From Mobula hypostoma (taxonomy: Eukaryota): DNA of 64,000 bases. The position numbers and the translations under genes are program-made. The DNA lies in the NCBI RefSeq assembly GCF_963921235.1, contig NC_086097.1, positions 39,992,001-40,056,000 of the forward strand, written 5' to 3'. The notes beneath the pieces are model-generated. The model did not search any database. It had not been told where the DNA came from and saw only the letters and a program-made list of their open reading frames with translations. Of the stretch, positions 11,319 through 23,766 are shown piece after piece. Every line of letters begins with the position of its first letter. Position 1 is the stretch's first letter.

Positions 11319-12402
11319 ACCCTGAAGGCGAAACAAGTTAAAAAGAATGACTGTATGTATATTTGGACAGAGTTTTCTGCCCAGAAATGAACTGATCACA
11401 TAAGACTAAGGACATTTAAACTGAGTATTTAAGTGTGGCCAAGGAAAGACAGTGAACCTCAAACAGTGTTGAGTTGCACCAGTCCTCATTACAGTACCTC
11501 TTGTTTGAGAAACTACAACGCTTTTACTTTGACTTTGACTTTGACGAAATAATTTGCATGGACCTTGTCAGTTTGGCGCAGGGTCTGGGTCTTTGACGAT
11601 GGATAGCTGGATACTACATTTCTGCATTTTTCTTGACCTCTGTCACTGCAGGAAGATTCTAACATTCTGAGCCCCGGGTAGTTGTCTACTTTTGCTATTA
11701 ATTTTTGGGTGGTTACACTATATAAAATCACTTGTTTCAGATTTAATTCTAAAAAGACAGATGAGAGAGTTTTGATATGATATGGTGATTATGCTCATTG
11801 ATAATTTTTATATGCAATACATGCATGAATAATTTAGCTATTCCGAGTCCATTAGTGTAAAACTATTCCACTTTAATGATATTGTAATAACACCTTTATG
11901 TTTTAATCTGCTGAGGTTTAATTAGAGACAGGCTCTATACAACTGGTAAAAAGGATATAGTAATGTGTATAGGAACTCATTAAAAGTCCTAAAGGGTTCA
12001 GCACATCCTTACTCATTCAGACAGTTACAGGGAGGTGATAAAGTACTTGCTTCACAGTTGCTTGAAATTTTATTAGCTCCATTATGCATTTCTTAAAGCT
12101 TCAGTACTCTACAATGGCTTTTAATTAAACTTTCCCAAATAACACTAACTTCTTCATTCAGTTCTGTGTTTTTTTTATTTGTTGCTAAGACACAGAGAAA
12201 ATTTGTCTTTGGAACTAACTATGCCACAATAGTATTACTAGACTGGCAGATAAAAAAAAACTGCATGGTCACAGTCCTGGAAATGAACTAGTAGTTGCCT
12301 CTGAACTAATGTGAAAGAATTCCCACCCCCCGCCCCCCTCAAATCCCTTCTCCACTTTCTCCATCTCCAACACTTCCTTAATATTGATCTCTCCCAATAT
12401 GC

Positions 12403-12808
12403 TTTAAGAATTCAGAAGAATGAGAGGAGATCTTATAGAAACATTTAAAATTATGAAACGGATAGATAAGATAGAAGCAGGAAAGTTGTTTCCATTGGTA
12501 GGTGAGACTAGAACTAGGCGACATAGCCTTAAGATTTGGGGAAGTAGATTTAGGATGGAAATGAGGAGGAACTTTCTTCCCAGAGAGTAGTGAATCTGTG
12601 GAATGAAGCCGTGGAGGCTACCTCAGTAAATATATTTAAAACAAGGTTGTTTAGATTTTTGCATAGTAGGGGAATTAAGGGTTATGGGAAAAAGGCAGGT
12701 AGGTGGAGATGAATCCATGGCCAGATCAGCCATGATCTTATTGAACAGGCTTGATGGGCTAGATGACCTACTCCTGCTCCTATTTCTTATGTTCTTATGT
12801 TATGTTCT
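12403..12808 (+). mobile_element. CR1 3' fragment
   Basis: EFRRMRGDLIETFKIMKRIDK...; TTCTTATG-repeat tail. Confidence 0.9.
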
Positions 12809-13704
12809 AAGACCTCTCTCCCAAATCTTGTCCTGATGTTGAAAGTCCTTCCACAGTTGATAATGATACAGTTGACAATCTGCTTGTTTGTTGAATCCTG
12901 GATGTCAATCATTTGTCCCGGCTGAACATTTGCGACATAAGTATATTTGATGGTGTGGTGGTTTAGGTGCTATAGGGCACCTCTGAAAGAGTGTCACCCA
13001 TTTGTATTCAAGAAGTTGTACCAGCTGGTACTGAGACCAAGTGGGGTAGGAGAGCTGGAGCCCAACAGAGGTTCTGGGATGGGTAGGGTCAGAGGGCCAG
13101 GAGATCAGAAGATGTGTTTCATGTGCTTGGAAAGTTTTGAGGAAGTTTGATGTGTAACTATTAAAGGGAGAAGCCCTTGAGCCATAGGCTAGTGCTGTGA
13201 AGCGAAACCAAAATGAAAGCATGGCAAATGATGTCTCTTGAATTTAGATATTACTGAAATCTTGTTAGGTGCACAAAATTGGCTGTGTCAATACCTAGTC
13301 AAATTTCTGGTCAGTGCCAATTACCCTATTGCATTTCACTTCATCAAAAGTTTACCATCAACCACATAATGCTGAAACAAACACATATTGATCTTCATCA
13401 GGGCATTGGAGCAGGAGGCAGGGGATAGGCTGGTGTTCAGCATGATGCTCGGCAAGGGTTACTCTTCTCTGTGCTGAACGGAGGCAGTGGTCTGCAACCA
13501 ATGGGCTGCTGGACTGGCTGCTGTGATGACTGACTTGGTGGCTATGAATAAGCATTAATGAACTTTAGTTCTGAATGTTATTTGCTTACTTTTTATTGAT
13601 TGCATGTTTTGTTCTTTTTTTTTTGCACATCGGGTGTCTGACCATTTTCTTTTTTAATGGGTTCTTCTGGGTTTCTTTGTTTTACAATCTCAAGATTGTA
13701 TAAA

Positions 13705-14000
13705 TGCTAGGAAAGCACTGGGGGAGAAAGCAGTAGAAATTGATATGGTAACAACATTTAAAAGGCATCGAAACAGCTGCATGAACCGGTAGGAAATGGA
13801 GAAATATTGAACTAGGTGATGTTTACTTTTAAAGCACCCAAACCACAGTATTGTAACAATTTAGGATGAGAACCAGAAAAGGAGGTATATTAGTAAAGTG
13901 TAGACAGTTGGAATTAATTTAGACTGGCATCATGACTGGTACCTTCACCATGGACCAAACAAATGGTCTGTTCCTGTGCCCAGCTTTTCTAAATTCTATC
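13705..14000 (+). mobile_element. CR1 3' fragment interrupted by a 92-bp copy of downstream flank
   Basis: TTFKRH-type ORF2 end and CR1 3' UTR on either side of 13809-13900. Confidence 0.6.
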
Positions 14001-14489
14001 TTCTTTATTCTAATTTCTTGGAACTAGGTGATATCTACTTTTAAAGCACCCAAACCACAGTATTGTAACAATTTAGGATGAGAACCAGAAAAGGAGGTAT
14101 ATTAGTAAAGTGGAGGTGGTAGTTACGCAGCTCTCTGATGTGTATCCGGCAGAGTGTTAATGAGCAGTGGAACTTCTCAAGCATTATCCTTTTCATCAAC
14201 ATTCTTCATATTTCATATTAATGAAGTCATTCTGTGTGTGAGGAAGTTCACAAATTTGAAGTGAGCCAAGCTTAGAATTACTGCAAACCATAGTGTATTA
14301 AAAAAGGATAGGTGTTTGGAACACCTGTCATTAAGAACTCATCAGATTGAGCAGCATTCCTTGGAGAGGGGAGATGTTATGTTTTGGGTCAAAATCCTGC
14401 ACATCAGAGAGATCTTGACTGAGATGCCCATTTCAGTCCATTATAATTCCTATTCCCATTCCCGTTCTGATGTGTCCTCATCTTGTGCC

Positions 14490-14965
14490 ATGACAAGGAC
14501 ACTCTAAGGAGCAGCAACAGCTCATATTCCATCTGGGTAGCCTTCAACCTGATAGCATGAACATCCATTTCTTCTTTCGGTAAAACATTTTTCTCTCCCT
14601 CTTCCCTATTCTTCTATTCCCCATTTTGGCCTCGTACCTCCTTTCACCTGCCTGTCAGCTCCCCTTGGGGCCCCTCTTCCTTCCTTTTCTCCAGTGGTCC
14701 ACTTTCCTCTGCTATTGGATGCCTTCCTCTCTAGCCCTTTACATTTCCCACCCCACCTGGCTTCACCTATCACCTTCTAGATAATCCTACTGCCGTCCAC
14801 CACCCCCACCAGTCCCCTCCTTTTCCAGTCGTGTAGAAGGGTCTCAGCCTGGAATGTTGACTGTTCATTCATTTCCATTGATGTTGCCTGACCTGCTGAG
14901 TTCCTCCAGCATTTTGTGTGTGTTGCTTTAGATTTCCAGCATCTGCAGAATTTCTTGTGTTTGTG
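14490..14965 (+). mobile_element. Penelope-like element: GIY-YIG-region C-terminus + terminal repeat
   Basis: EQQQLIFHLGSLQPDSMNIHF; pyrimidine-rich UTR; degenerate hammerhead near 14827-14863. Confidence 0.8.
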
Positions 14966-15179
14966 AAACGTTAACAGTTCCTTGTCTCCCCACAGATGCG
15001 GTTCTGTCGACTGAGTTCTTCCAGCAGTTTGTCTTTTGCTTCAGATTCCAGCATTCTCATGTCTCATGTCAATTTCTTATTGCTCCATTGGTGTTTTCAT
15101 TGGCTTTTGGTGATCTGTTATTGATACCGCCTCTGCATGTTGATTCTGCTGAGTTAAGTAAAGCACCATGACACTCTTA

Positions 15180-15445
15180 TTGTGTAGCAGTCAGTGCAAC
15201 GCTACTACAGCTCAGGTTGTTGGAGATCTGACTCTGTAAGGAGTGTGTACATTCTTCCTGTGTGTGCATGGCTTTCCTCCACAGGCTCCAGTTTCCTCCT
15301 ACATCCCAAAGACATACCAGTAAATTAATCCGTCATTGTAAATTGTCCTGCAGTTAGGCTAAGGTTAAATCGATGGGTTGCTGGGCGGTGTGGCTTGTTG
15401 GGCTGGAAGGACCCGTATCTCTAAGTAAAATAAAAGAAATAAAAT
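15180..15445 (+). mobile_element. V-SINE (tRNA-derived, HE1-like)
   Basis: V-domain-like TTTCCTCCACAGGCTCCAGTTTCCTCCTACATCCCAAAGAC; A-rich tail. Confidence 0.7.
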
Positions 15446-16189
15446 AATCTTGCTAAGAAGATAATTTTTCATGTTGTCTCATCATACAGATATTTTCTGC
15501 CCCGCTTGCCACTATGGTCAGTACTGTTTATGTAAACTATTATTCAATATCAAAGATAAAGTATAAAATAAATTGGTACATCCTAAAAAGGGTGAACAGT
15601 TTATCCTGCTTGGATTAACAGGGCATTTAATACATTGTAGGGGAGACTTTTATTATTTTCTTTTCTGGGTTTGATAAATTGCTAGAATTAGTTGTACAGT
15701 AGAAATGGTCAGGAGCAATAACAATGGTGAATATAAGCGATGAGAATTATTTCACTAGCAGTGACTAAATGAAATTTCCTCTGCATGATTTCCATCAGTA
15801 AGGCACAACTGCAGAGCTGTGATATTTTAGAATAAGGACACTAACAAGGGTTCTTCCTAAATGAAACACCATTTGAAATCAAGGTCACCTCCACTGTGAA
15901 ATGCAAACTTTCACTTCTATAAAGTCTATGTAAAGATAATTTACTGTCCACTATCAGCTAATGTATTATACAGCATTGTCAACATCTTCCATTATCTGGT
16001 CATTTATCTCCCTGTTATTTATACAAATTATCCACTGTGCTTCCCCAGAGATGCATGGTTATACTTCAAAGTGCTTTGGGATGCACAGAGGTCAGACAAG
16101 TCTAAAACTAGAGTTGCAGGGTTTGGGGGGCGGGCGTGGGGGTGGGAACCAGAGTGCCAGAACAGATAGTGAGTGGTTGTGGAGAAAGG

Positions 16190-16730
16190 TGTTGTTAATC
16201 CTGCATACAAAGTCAGGAATCGAAAGGTTGAGCATAGTGGGACTAATGTTCTGAGCTGCATAGATTCCAATGCAAGGCCGATGAGCTTGGGGCATGGAAC
16301 AGCATGTGGAATTATGACATTGTAGATATTAATAAGACCTGGTTACAGCAGGGGCAGGACTGGCAGCTCAATTTTCCAGGATTCTGTTGTTTTAGACGTG
16401 ACAGAGAGGGAGGGATTAAAGAAGGAGAGATAGTATTACTAATCAGGGAAAATAAGATAGCAGTGCTCAGTCAGGGCAGACTGGAGAGCTCTTCTAAGTG
16501 AGGCTTTAAGGGTAGAAATGAGGAATTAGAAGGGCTTGACCACACTAATGGGATTATATTAGAGACTGTCCAACAGTCCATGGGATTTAAAGGAACAAAT
16601 TTTAGTTAGATTGCAGACTGTTGTAAGATACATAAGGTTGTGATGGTAGGTGATGTTAGCCTTCCACATATTGACTGGGACCCCCATACTGTAAGAGGGC
16701 TGGATGGGAAAGTGTTTGTCAACAGTATTT
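16190..16730 (+). mobile_element. CR1 ORF2 endonuclease fragment
   Basis: WNYDIVDINKTWLQQGQDWQLNFPGFCCFRRDREGGIKEG; MVGDVSLPHIDWD. Confidence 0.85.
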
Positions 16731-16734
16731 CAAA

Positions 16735-17645
16735 GGTATTCCACTGCCAGAAACATCTTTCCCCATTTTCAGATTACAAAGAGTCTGCTCGCCCTCTGCA
16801 ACTCCATGGTTCACTCTTTCGTCTCCATCTAACCCTCTCCTGACATCAACTGTAGGACATGCAACACTTGCTCTTCTGCCTTTTCACCTGCCATCATCCA
16901 GGGACACGCTTCCTTCTCCCTTTTGACACAGTAATTCCTTATACTTCCAATTTAGCGTAACCTATTTGCAGCTCATGATCCTGCTTTCCAAAATAGGTCT
17001 GTTTAATTTGCAATGTGACACTCTGCATCATGTTGCTTGTCACTTTGATCTTCATCCCTGTCCAATTCGAAACATTCTGCCTTCAGCCTCTTACATTATT
17101 GCACTGAAATCTAACACATTCATCTCGGCATGTTACAGCCTTGAATTCAGCCATCTTCAATGACCTCCAGCATCTGCAGGCTGTCGTGTGTTTTTAAATT
17201 CAACCTTTTTTTTCCAGCCCGTGTTGGATTTGCCAGTTCTAATGTAGTATCAGCCATGTTTCTCTCTCCAGATGCTTCGTGACTTGCGGAGTATTTTGAG
17301 TATTTTCTTTTGCATCTGATTTCCAGCATCTGCAGTGTTTTGTGTCTCATGGTTCTAATATTGCTTTTTCTTTCTCCCCTGTATTTGTTCATCTATTTAT
17401 CTTTTTGCCAGATGGATCATCAACAATTAGCAAGGCTTTGCAATCTTTTCACAGTCAACTCCATCCATCTGTGCCTTTCAGTCTCTGCTGACCTCCATGC
17501 CATCACAGACGGTCTCTTAGTTCTCTCCAGCCCTCCTTCTTCCCTGCAGTTAAAAGCATCTGTATCTGAGGTGTCTAACTGAGTTCTCATTGAAGACTAC
17601 TAATCCGAAGCATTATATCTGTTTCTCTCTGCACAGATGTTGCAA
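16735..17645 (+). mobile_element. Old, fragmented Penelope-like remnants
   Basis: Repeated TCCAGCATCTGCAG terminal motif; decayed similarity to the ORF end at 14490. Confidence 0.5.
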
Positions 17646-17954
17646 ATTGGAGGTCAAAAAGGGCACAACATAACCAATTGGATGGTTAACAACAATCCTA
17701 ATGATCAATGTTTAAGCTTCCATGAAACACAATTGGAATCATTAATATATTGGGCCAGATACTTTACGTTCTGACAAAAATTTAAAACAAAAGGCACCAG
17801 ATTAAATAAACAGTATGTTTAATTTGTTATTACGGCAGGCTTGGTGATTCCTTGATCCCCATTTTTCTGTCTTTCTACACTAGGTAAATACTTTGTTGAA
17901 ACCTTTTCGGCAATCATGCTTCTGGCGGTGATATAACTGCTTCAGCTAATTTCT

Positions 17955-19440
17955 GAACAGCCTCCCGTCCGATCTGGTGTGGGGGTAGACACCATCAGTT
18001 GATGTTCCAAAGGCGTGCTTCAGCATGACTACGAAGAAGATGCCAAACAGGGTGGGGGCAAGCACACAGCCCTGCTTCACACCGCTGCGGATGTTGAAGG
18101 CCTCCGAAGATGAACCGTCGAACTAACCGATGCCCGTCATGTCTGTGTGCAATGACTGAACTATCCTGAGGAGCCTTGGGGGACAATCACTCCTGGTGAG
18201 GATTTTGAACAGGCCGTCTCTGCTCACAAGGTCGAAGGCCTTCGTAAGGTCAATGAAAGCGACGTAGAGTGGTTGTCTTTGCTCTCTGCATTTCTCCTGT
18301 AGCTGTCGAAGGGAGAAGATCATGTCAATTATGGAACATCAACTGATGGTGTCTACCTCCACACCAGATCGGACGGGAGGCTGTTCAGTCTGTCCCGGCT
18401 GAGGGCGAAAACCAAGGTTTGTGAAGTACTCATCAGAAACATGTTGTTTGCAGATGATGCGGCACTGGCAACACACTCTGAAGAGCAACTTCAACGCCTC
18501 ATGGACAGCTTCTCAAGAGCCTGCCAGGACTTCAGCTTGACCATCAGCCTGAAGAAGACCAACGTGTTGGGCCAAGGCATTGAGCACCCCCCTGCCATTA
18601 CCATCAACAACTACCAGCTGGAGATAGTTCACGAGTATACATACCTTGGCTCCACCATCATGGACAGTCTCTCCCTAGACCCCGAGATCAACAGACGGAT
18701 CTGACGAACAGCCTCAACATTCGCCAGGCTGACAAAGAGAGTCTGGGAGAACAAAAAGCTGATGATGCACACCAAAGTTGCAGTCTACAGGGACTGCGTC
18801 CTCAGCACACTGCTTTACGGCAGCGAGACCTGGAGCCTCTACTGCAGACAAGAGCGGCGTCTCAACGCCTTCCACCTTTGCAGCCTGAGATGCATCCTGG
18901 ACATCACGTGGACTGACCGAGTCACCAACAATGAGGTCCTGGCCCGCGCCCAGATACCCAGCCTCTTCACCCTGCTCCAACAATGCTGTCTCCGCTGGCT
19001 GGGCCATGTACACTGCATGTCAAACGGGAGGATCCTGAAAGACCTGCTGTACGGGGAACTGGCCTCCGGCAAGAGAGCACAAGGGCGGCCCCATCTTCGT
19101 TTCAAAGACATTTGCAATACGGACATGAAGTCACTGAAAATGAACGTCGAGAGGTGGGAGGACATCGCAAGCAATCGCTCTCACTGGAGGCTGGAACTAC
19201 GCAGAGGTCTAAAAAGAGGAGAAGAGAAGCTGAGGCTTGCTGCTGAAGAAAAGCGCACTCGTCGGAAAAACAGCACCAAGACAACACTGGAGGACAGCGC
19301 CTTCAAGTGCAGTTGCTGCAGCCGAGACTGTCACTCCCGTGTGGGTTTCTACAGCCACAACAGACGCTGCTCTAACACAGACTGAAGCAAGACTTTCCAA
19401 GCGCAGATCCATGGTCTCGCGAGACTAACGGATGCCACCA
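17955..19440 (+). mobile_element. RTE-clade LINE, 5'-truncated with 5' inversion (17955-~18330 minus; 18332-19440 plus)
   Basis: LRQLQEKCREQRQPLYVAFIDLTKAFDLV; MLFADDAAL; LLYGSETW; C-terminal C2H2 FKCSCCSRDCHSRVGFYSHNRRC; TSD CAGCTAATTTCT at 17943-54 and 19441-52. Confidence 0.93.
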
Positions 19441-20379
19441 CAGCTAATTTCTATCAATGTAGTGAAATTTTGAAGGAGAAATTTCCAATTAATAAGGAGA
19501 ACTTATTAATAAAATACACATGGTTAAAAATGCTCTGGTAGTTTCAGTACAGTCCTTGCAATAATCCTTTCTTGCAAATACGTAACATTTGACATGAGCT
19601 TTTGGAAAATTAGATCATCCATGAAAATGTCAAAGTAGATTGAACAATCTATTTTGACTTATTTTCTTGCTTTTAGGCAGCAGATATGTTGCTTTCAAAA
19701 ATCAAGTTAAAACAAGAACGCAGATGCTGGGATTCTGACATAAAAACAGAACATGCTGGTAATACAGAACCAGAAATTGCTTGTTTGTCAACATAATCCA
19801 AATGCTGAGGTCAGATACAAAAGGCCTATGTTCAACATCTCTACTCTAATATTAGCCATGTTATGATAAGGTGATTGCAACTCCTGTAGAAGGCTAATGG
19901 GTTCTCTGTTAACATCTAATTGAGTTCTGCTATTGATGTGGAAAGGATTGGTCAATAACATATTGTTTCACAATGAACTGGCTGCTTCTCGTTATGGTGA
20001 CCTGGATCTGGAAAATGAATTTACTTGTAGAACAAGTTACTCAAAAATTGGAAAGCTTAGGAAGACAAATAATAAAAGCTCTCGAAGAATTAAGCTTCCA
20101 CAAGAGCTTCAGTTTCTGTTGAAGTTCGCTTAGCAAAATAAGAGGGATAACTCTGCGTTACATCTTCAGCACAGCTTTAATCGCTACGCACAAAATAACC
20201 TGGAAGCTCCCCCACTGTGTAAAAGCATCCATGAGCACAGAACAATCAAAACTTGGTTGTTTTAACAAACTGCCCAATAACAAGCTGATGGAATTAAATC
20301 AGACACATTTTTATTCTCTGTGCCTTGAAATAAGAAGGTTAAGAGTTCGAGTGATCAAAGCTATGTTGAAGCTCCCCAT

Positions 20380-22830
20380 ACAATATTCTCACTTTAATAT
20401 TCATCAGTTATTAAATGTTATGTATTCTCCTTCTAACATGATATTGGAATGTGTGGTCTCCCTAGATGCTGAGAAAGCTTTTGACAGAGTTGAATGGAAT
20501 TATTTATTTAAAACTTCAGAAAAATTTGATTTTGGATTCGTTTTCATTCAATGGATTAAATTACTTTACTTAGCTTCTTCCGCTAGGGTTATCACTAATT
20601 CTCATAATTCCAAACCATTTAAGCTTCAATGTGGCACTAGACAAGGCTGAGTCTTTTGCTTTTTAATCTGGCCTTAGAACCTTTAGCTATTGCCTTTCGA
20701 GAATCTAATGATGTCACCCGTATTTTAAGGAGAGACACTATTCACAAAGTCTCGCTGTACACTGATGACCTGCTGCTATTTATTTCTAATGTTGAGACTT
20801 CATTTCCCCATATGCGCTTTCTTCACTCTCCTGTTTTAGCCAGTTCTCAGATTATAAATTAAACCTACATAAAAGTGAACTTTTCCCTTTGAATAATTTG
20901 ATACCAACAAATTCTAACCTTCCTTTTAAAATTGTAAGAAACTAATTTACCTACTTAGGTGTAACAGTTACTAAAAACTATAAACATCTATTTAAAGAAA
21001 ATTTTCTTACCCAATTGAATCATGTAAAAAGGATACTATCAAATTGGTCGCATCTTTCATTATCGCTGATTGGCCAAATTAACTCTATTAAAATGAATAT
21101 ATTACCTAAATTTATATATTTTTTTCAGGCATTTCCTGTTTTTATTCCGAAATCTTTCTTTGATTTTCTTGACTCTACTATATCTTATACAGTATATGAA
21201 AGAATAAGCATTCTAGATTAAATAAAATTCATCTTCAGAAAGATAAAAAGAATGGAGGATTATCCTTACGAAACTTTTGATTTTATTATTGGGCAGTTAA
21301 TATAAGAAATCTTACATTTTGGTTATATTACATTAATCGTGAGGATTGCCCAATGTGAGTTTTTTTAGAAGCTAACTCTGTCAATACGTTTTCTATTATT
21401 TCTCTTCTCGGATCCTCACTTCCTTTGTCTCTGAGTAAGTTAACTGATAATCTGGTAATTAAAAACACCATGAGAATTTGGATACAATTCCAAAAATACT
21501 GTGGCTTATTGAGATTTTCTTTTTCGAGTCCCATTTTTTCTAATTTTTTTTTTAAACCCTCTATGATTGATGTGGCCTTTAAAGACTGGGAGAGATTAGG
21601 TATTAAATGCTTTCAGGACTTGTTTGTAGAGGGAAGTCTCTTTTTGTTTGAACAACTGCCAACTAAATATAGTTTACCCAAAACTTATTATTTTCGATAC
21701 CTACAAATAATAGAGTTTTTATGGTCTCAAATAAGTACATTTCCTGAAAGTCTTAATTTACTACTACTACGACGTCGACTCAGGCCTAAAGGCCGGCGTC
21801 GGGCACGACGACGGACTCTCCACTTCTCCCTCTCCCTCATCAGTGTGTTCAGTTCATCTACATTAGCCGTGCCGCTGTCTTCTAGGAGCATGTTGACCAT
21901 AGTCTTGGGAGGATGCCCAGGGTTCATCCTCCCATACTTGGGCTCCCATATGATGACTGGGCTGGCAGGTAGCTCAGGGTGGCGTAGACAGTGCCCCGCT
22001 AGTTGCAGTCTTCTCACCTCAATTTTAGCGGTGAGCATTGGTAGGTCGTCATAGAGCTCGAGGTTCGTCATGTGCAGTTGCCAACTCACATCAAGAGCCA
22101 TCCGGAGCATTCATGTATAACAACCATCTAGAGACTTCCACATAGTCTTGGTGAGTGTCCACGTCTCGCATCCGTATGTGAGAATGGATTCTATGACTGC
22201 TATGAAAATCCTCTTTTTAAGCCCTCTGGTCATGTTTGACTTCCAGACTTCCTTCATGTCATTCATAGCCCTCCACACCAGCGCCTTCCGTATCTTTATG
22301 TCCTTCTCCGAACTCATTATTCTTGACCCGATTAATTTGAAACCTTTTTATAATGGATCTATATCTAATATTTATAATATGCTGTTGGGAATGAGAAGTG
22401 TTCCTTTAGATAAAATCAAAAATCTTTGGGAACATGATTTACAGACTTCAGTTTCTGAGGAAACTTGGAATCAAATTTTTAAATTGGTCAACACTTCATC
22501 ATTATGCACCCGCCACTCTCTCCTACAATTTAAGGTGGTCCATAGGGCCCATATGACCAAGGATAAGTTGTCTCGTTTTTATTTAGATATATCTCCGTAT
22601 TGTGATAAATGTAATAATGGAGAAGCTTCACTCATTCATATGTTTTGGACATGTCCGAGTCTTGGAAAATATTGGAAAGAAGTACTTCAAACTTTCTCGA
22701 TACTTTTCAAAGTAAACCTTAACGTTAAATCCTTTGACCGCTTTATTTGGTATTGTTGGAGGAAAGGAAATTATTTTGGAGTCATCTGACTTGCACGTTT
22801 TGGCTTTTATGTCTCTTCTAGCCAGAAGGA
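20380..22830 (+). mobile_element. L1-clade LINE ORF2 (RT + CCHC), decayed
   Basis: SLDAEKAFDRVEWNYL, GTRQG, LALEPLA, SLYTDDLL, KMNILPKF, CDKCNNGEASLIHMFWTC. Confidence 0.92.
21760..22331 (-). mobile_element. RTE-clade LINE 3' fragment inserted in L1
   Basis: ESILTYGCETWTLT...LDGCYT*MLRMALDVSW...RRLQLAGHCLRH; (GTA)n tail; TTAATTT TSD at 21753-59 and 22332-38. Confidence 0.88.
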
Positions 22831-22834
22831 AATG

Positions 22835-23098
22835 GAAAAAAAAATATATATATCAATACATTTTACTAAACCATATATAAGACTCCTTACCCTATATTCA
22901 TACAGATTAATTAATTTGTAAAATTGAATTTTAGTAATTTTATTATATAAGAAAATCTAACCCACTACCAAGACCGAAGCTGATTAGTAAAGAAAAAAAA
23001 AGAAAAAAAAATTATTAGTCATCATCAGTGATTTAACAGCAAGTCAAAGGTTTTGAAAATAAATCAAAAAAGGTCCCCACAATGTTTGAAAGTCTTGG
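22835..23098 (-). mobile_element. L1 ORF2 C-terminus and 3' UTR in inverted orientation
   Basis: Minus strand QDFQTLWGPFLIYFQNL* followed by T-rich UTR. Confidence 0.6.
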
Positions 23099-23099
23099 T

Positions 23100-23710
23100 G
23101 ATGGAATAGCGGTGCAGACTTGATGGGCTGAATGGTTTAATTCTGCTCCTACGTCTTCTGGTCCTATGGTCTTATACAGGTATCTTGGGTACTCTCCTGA
23201 TGTTGAAGAATGATATATTAATAGAGAGAAAACAGATTGGGAACAAATGTGTCATTTTTAGATTGGATGTTGTGACAAAATGGTTAACCATAGGTTGGTC
23301 CTTATGCCTCAGCTGTTCCCCATCCATCTCAGTGATTTGCATAAGGGGATCATGTATAATATATCCAACTTTTGCTGATGATACAGAGCCAGATGGCACT
23401 GTGGTGTGTAGAGGATAGATGGTGCTTCAGGAGAATTTGCACAAGTGAAGTGAATGGCAGAAGATACATAATATTGAAAAATGTGAGGTCATTCACATTG
23501 GCAAACAATAGAAACACTGAATGGGTTTTAATAATGAGAAACTGAAAGGTAATAGCATTTGGAGTAATCTGAGAGACCTTGTGCATAAGTCACTAGAAGT
23601 TAATATTCAGGTACAGCAAGCAATTAGGGAGGCAAAGGGTACACTTGACTTCATTTGAAGAGAATTTGAATTAATAAATAGTGAAAAATTTCCAATTATA
23701 CCGGGCCTTA
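23100..23710 (+). mobile_element. CR1 tail plus older CR1 RT fragment
   Basis: GATGGGCTGAATGG...TCTTCTGGTCCTATGGTCTT tail; FADDT motif near 23370. Confidence 0.7.
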
Positions 23711-23714
23711 GTGT

Positions 23715-23766
23715 TGGGCATGTGGCCAAGTGGTTAAGGCGTTTGTCTAGTGATCTCAAGGTCGCT
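23715..23766 (+). mobile_element. Truncated tRNA-derived SINE head
   Basis: A-box-like TGGCCAAGTGGTTAAGGCG; no B box or 3' tRNA half before CR1 sequence begins. Confidence 0.5.

Noticed and set aside
21425..22789. 209-aa and 213-aa plus-strand ORFs as novel proteins
   Set aside because: They are chimeric read-throughs across the junctions between L1 and the antisense RTE.
23715..23766. tRNA gene
   Set aside because: Only a D-arm/A-box-like half is present, with no T arm or acceptor stem; best read as a truncated SINE head.
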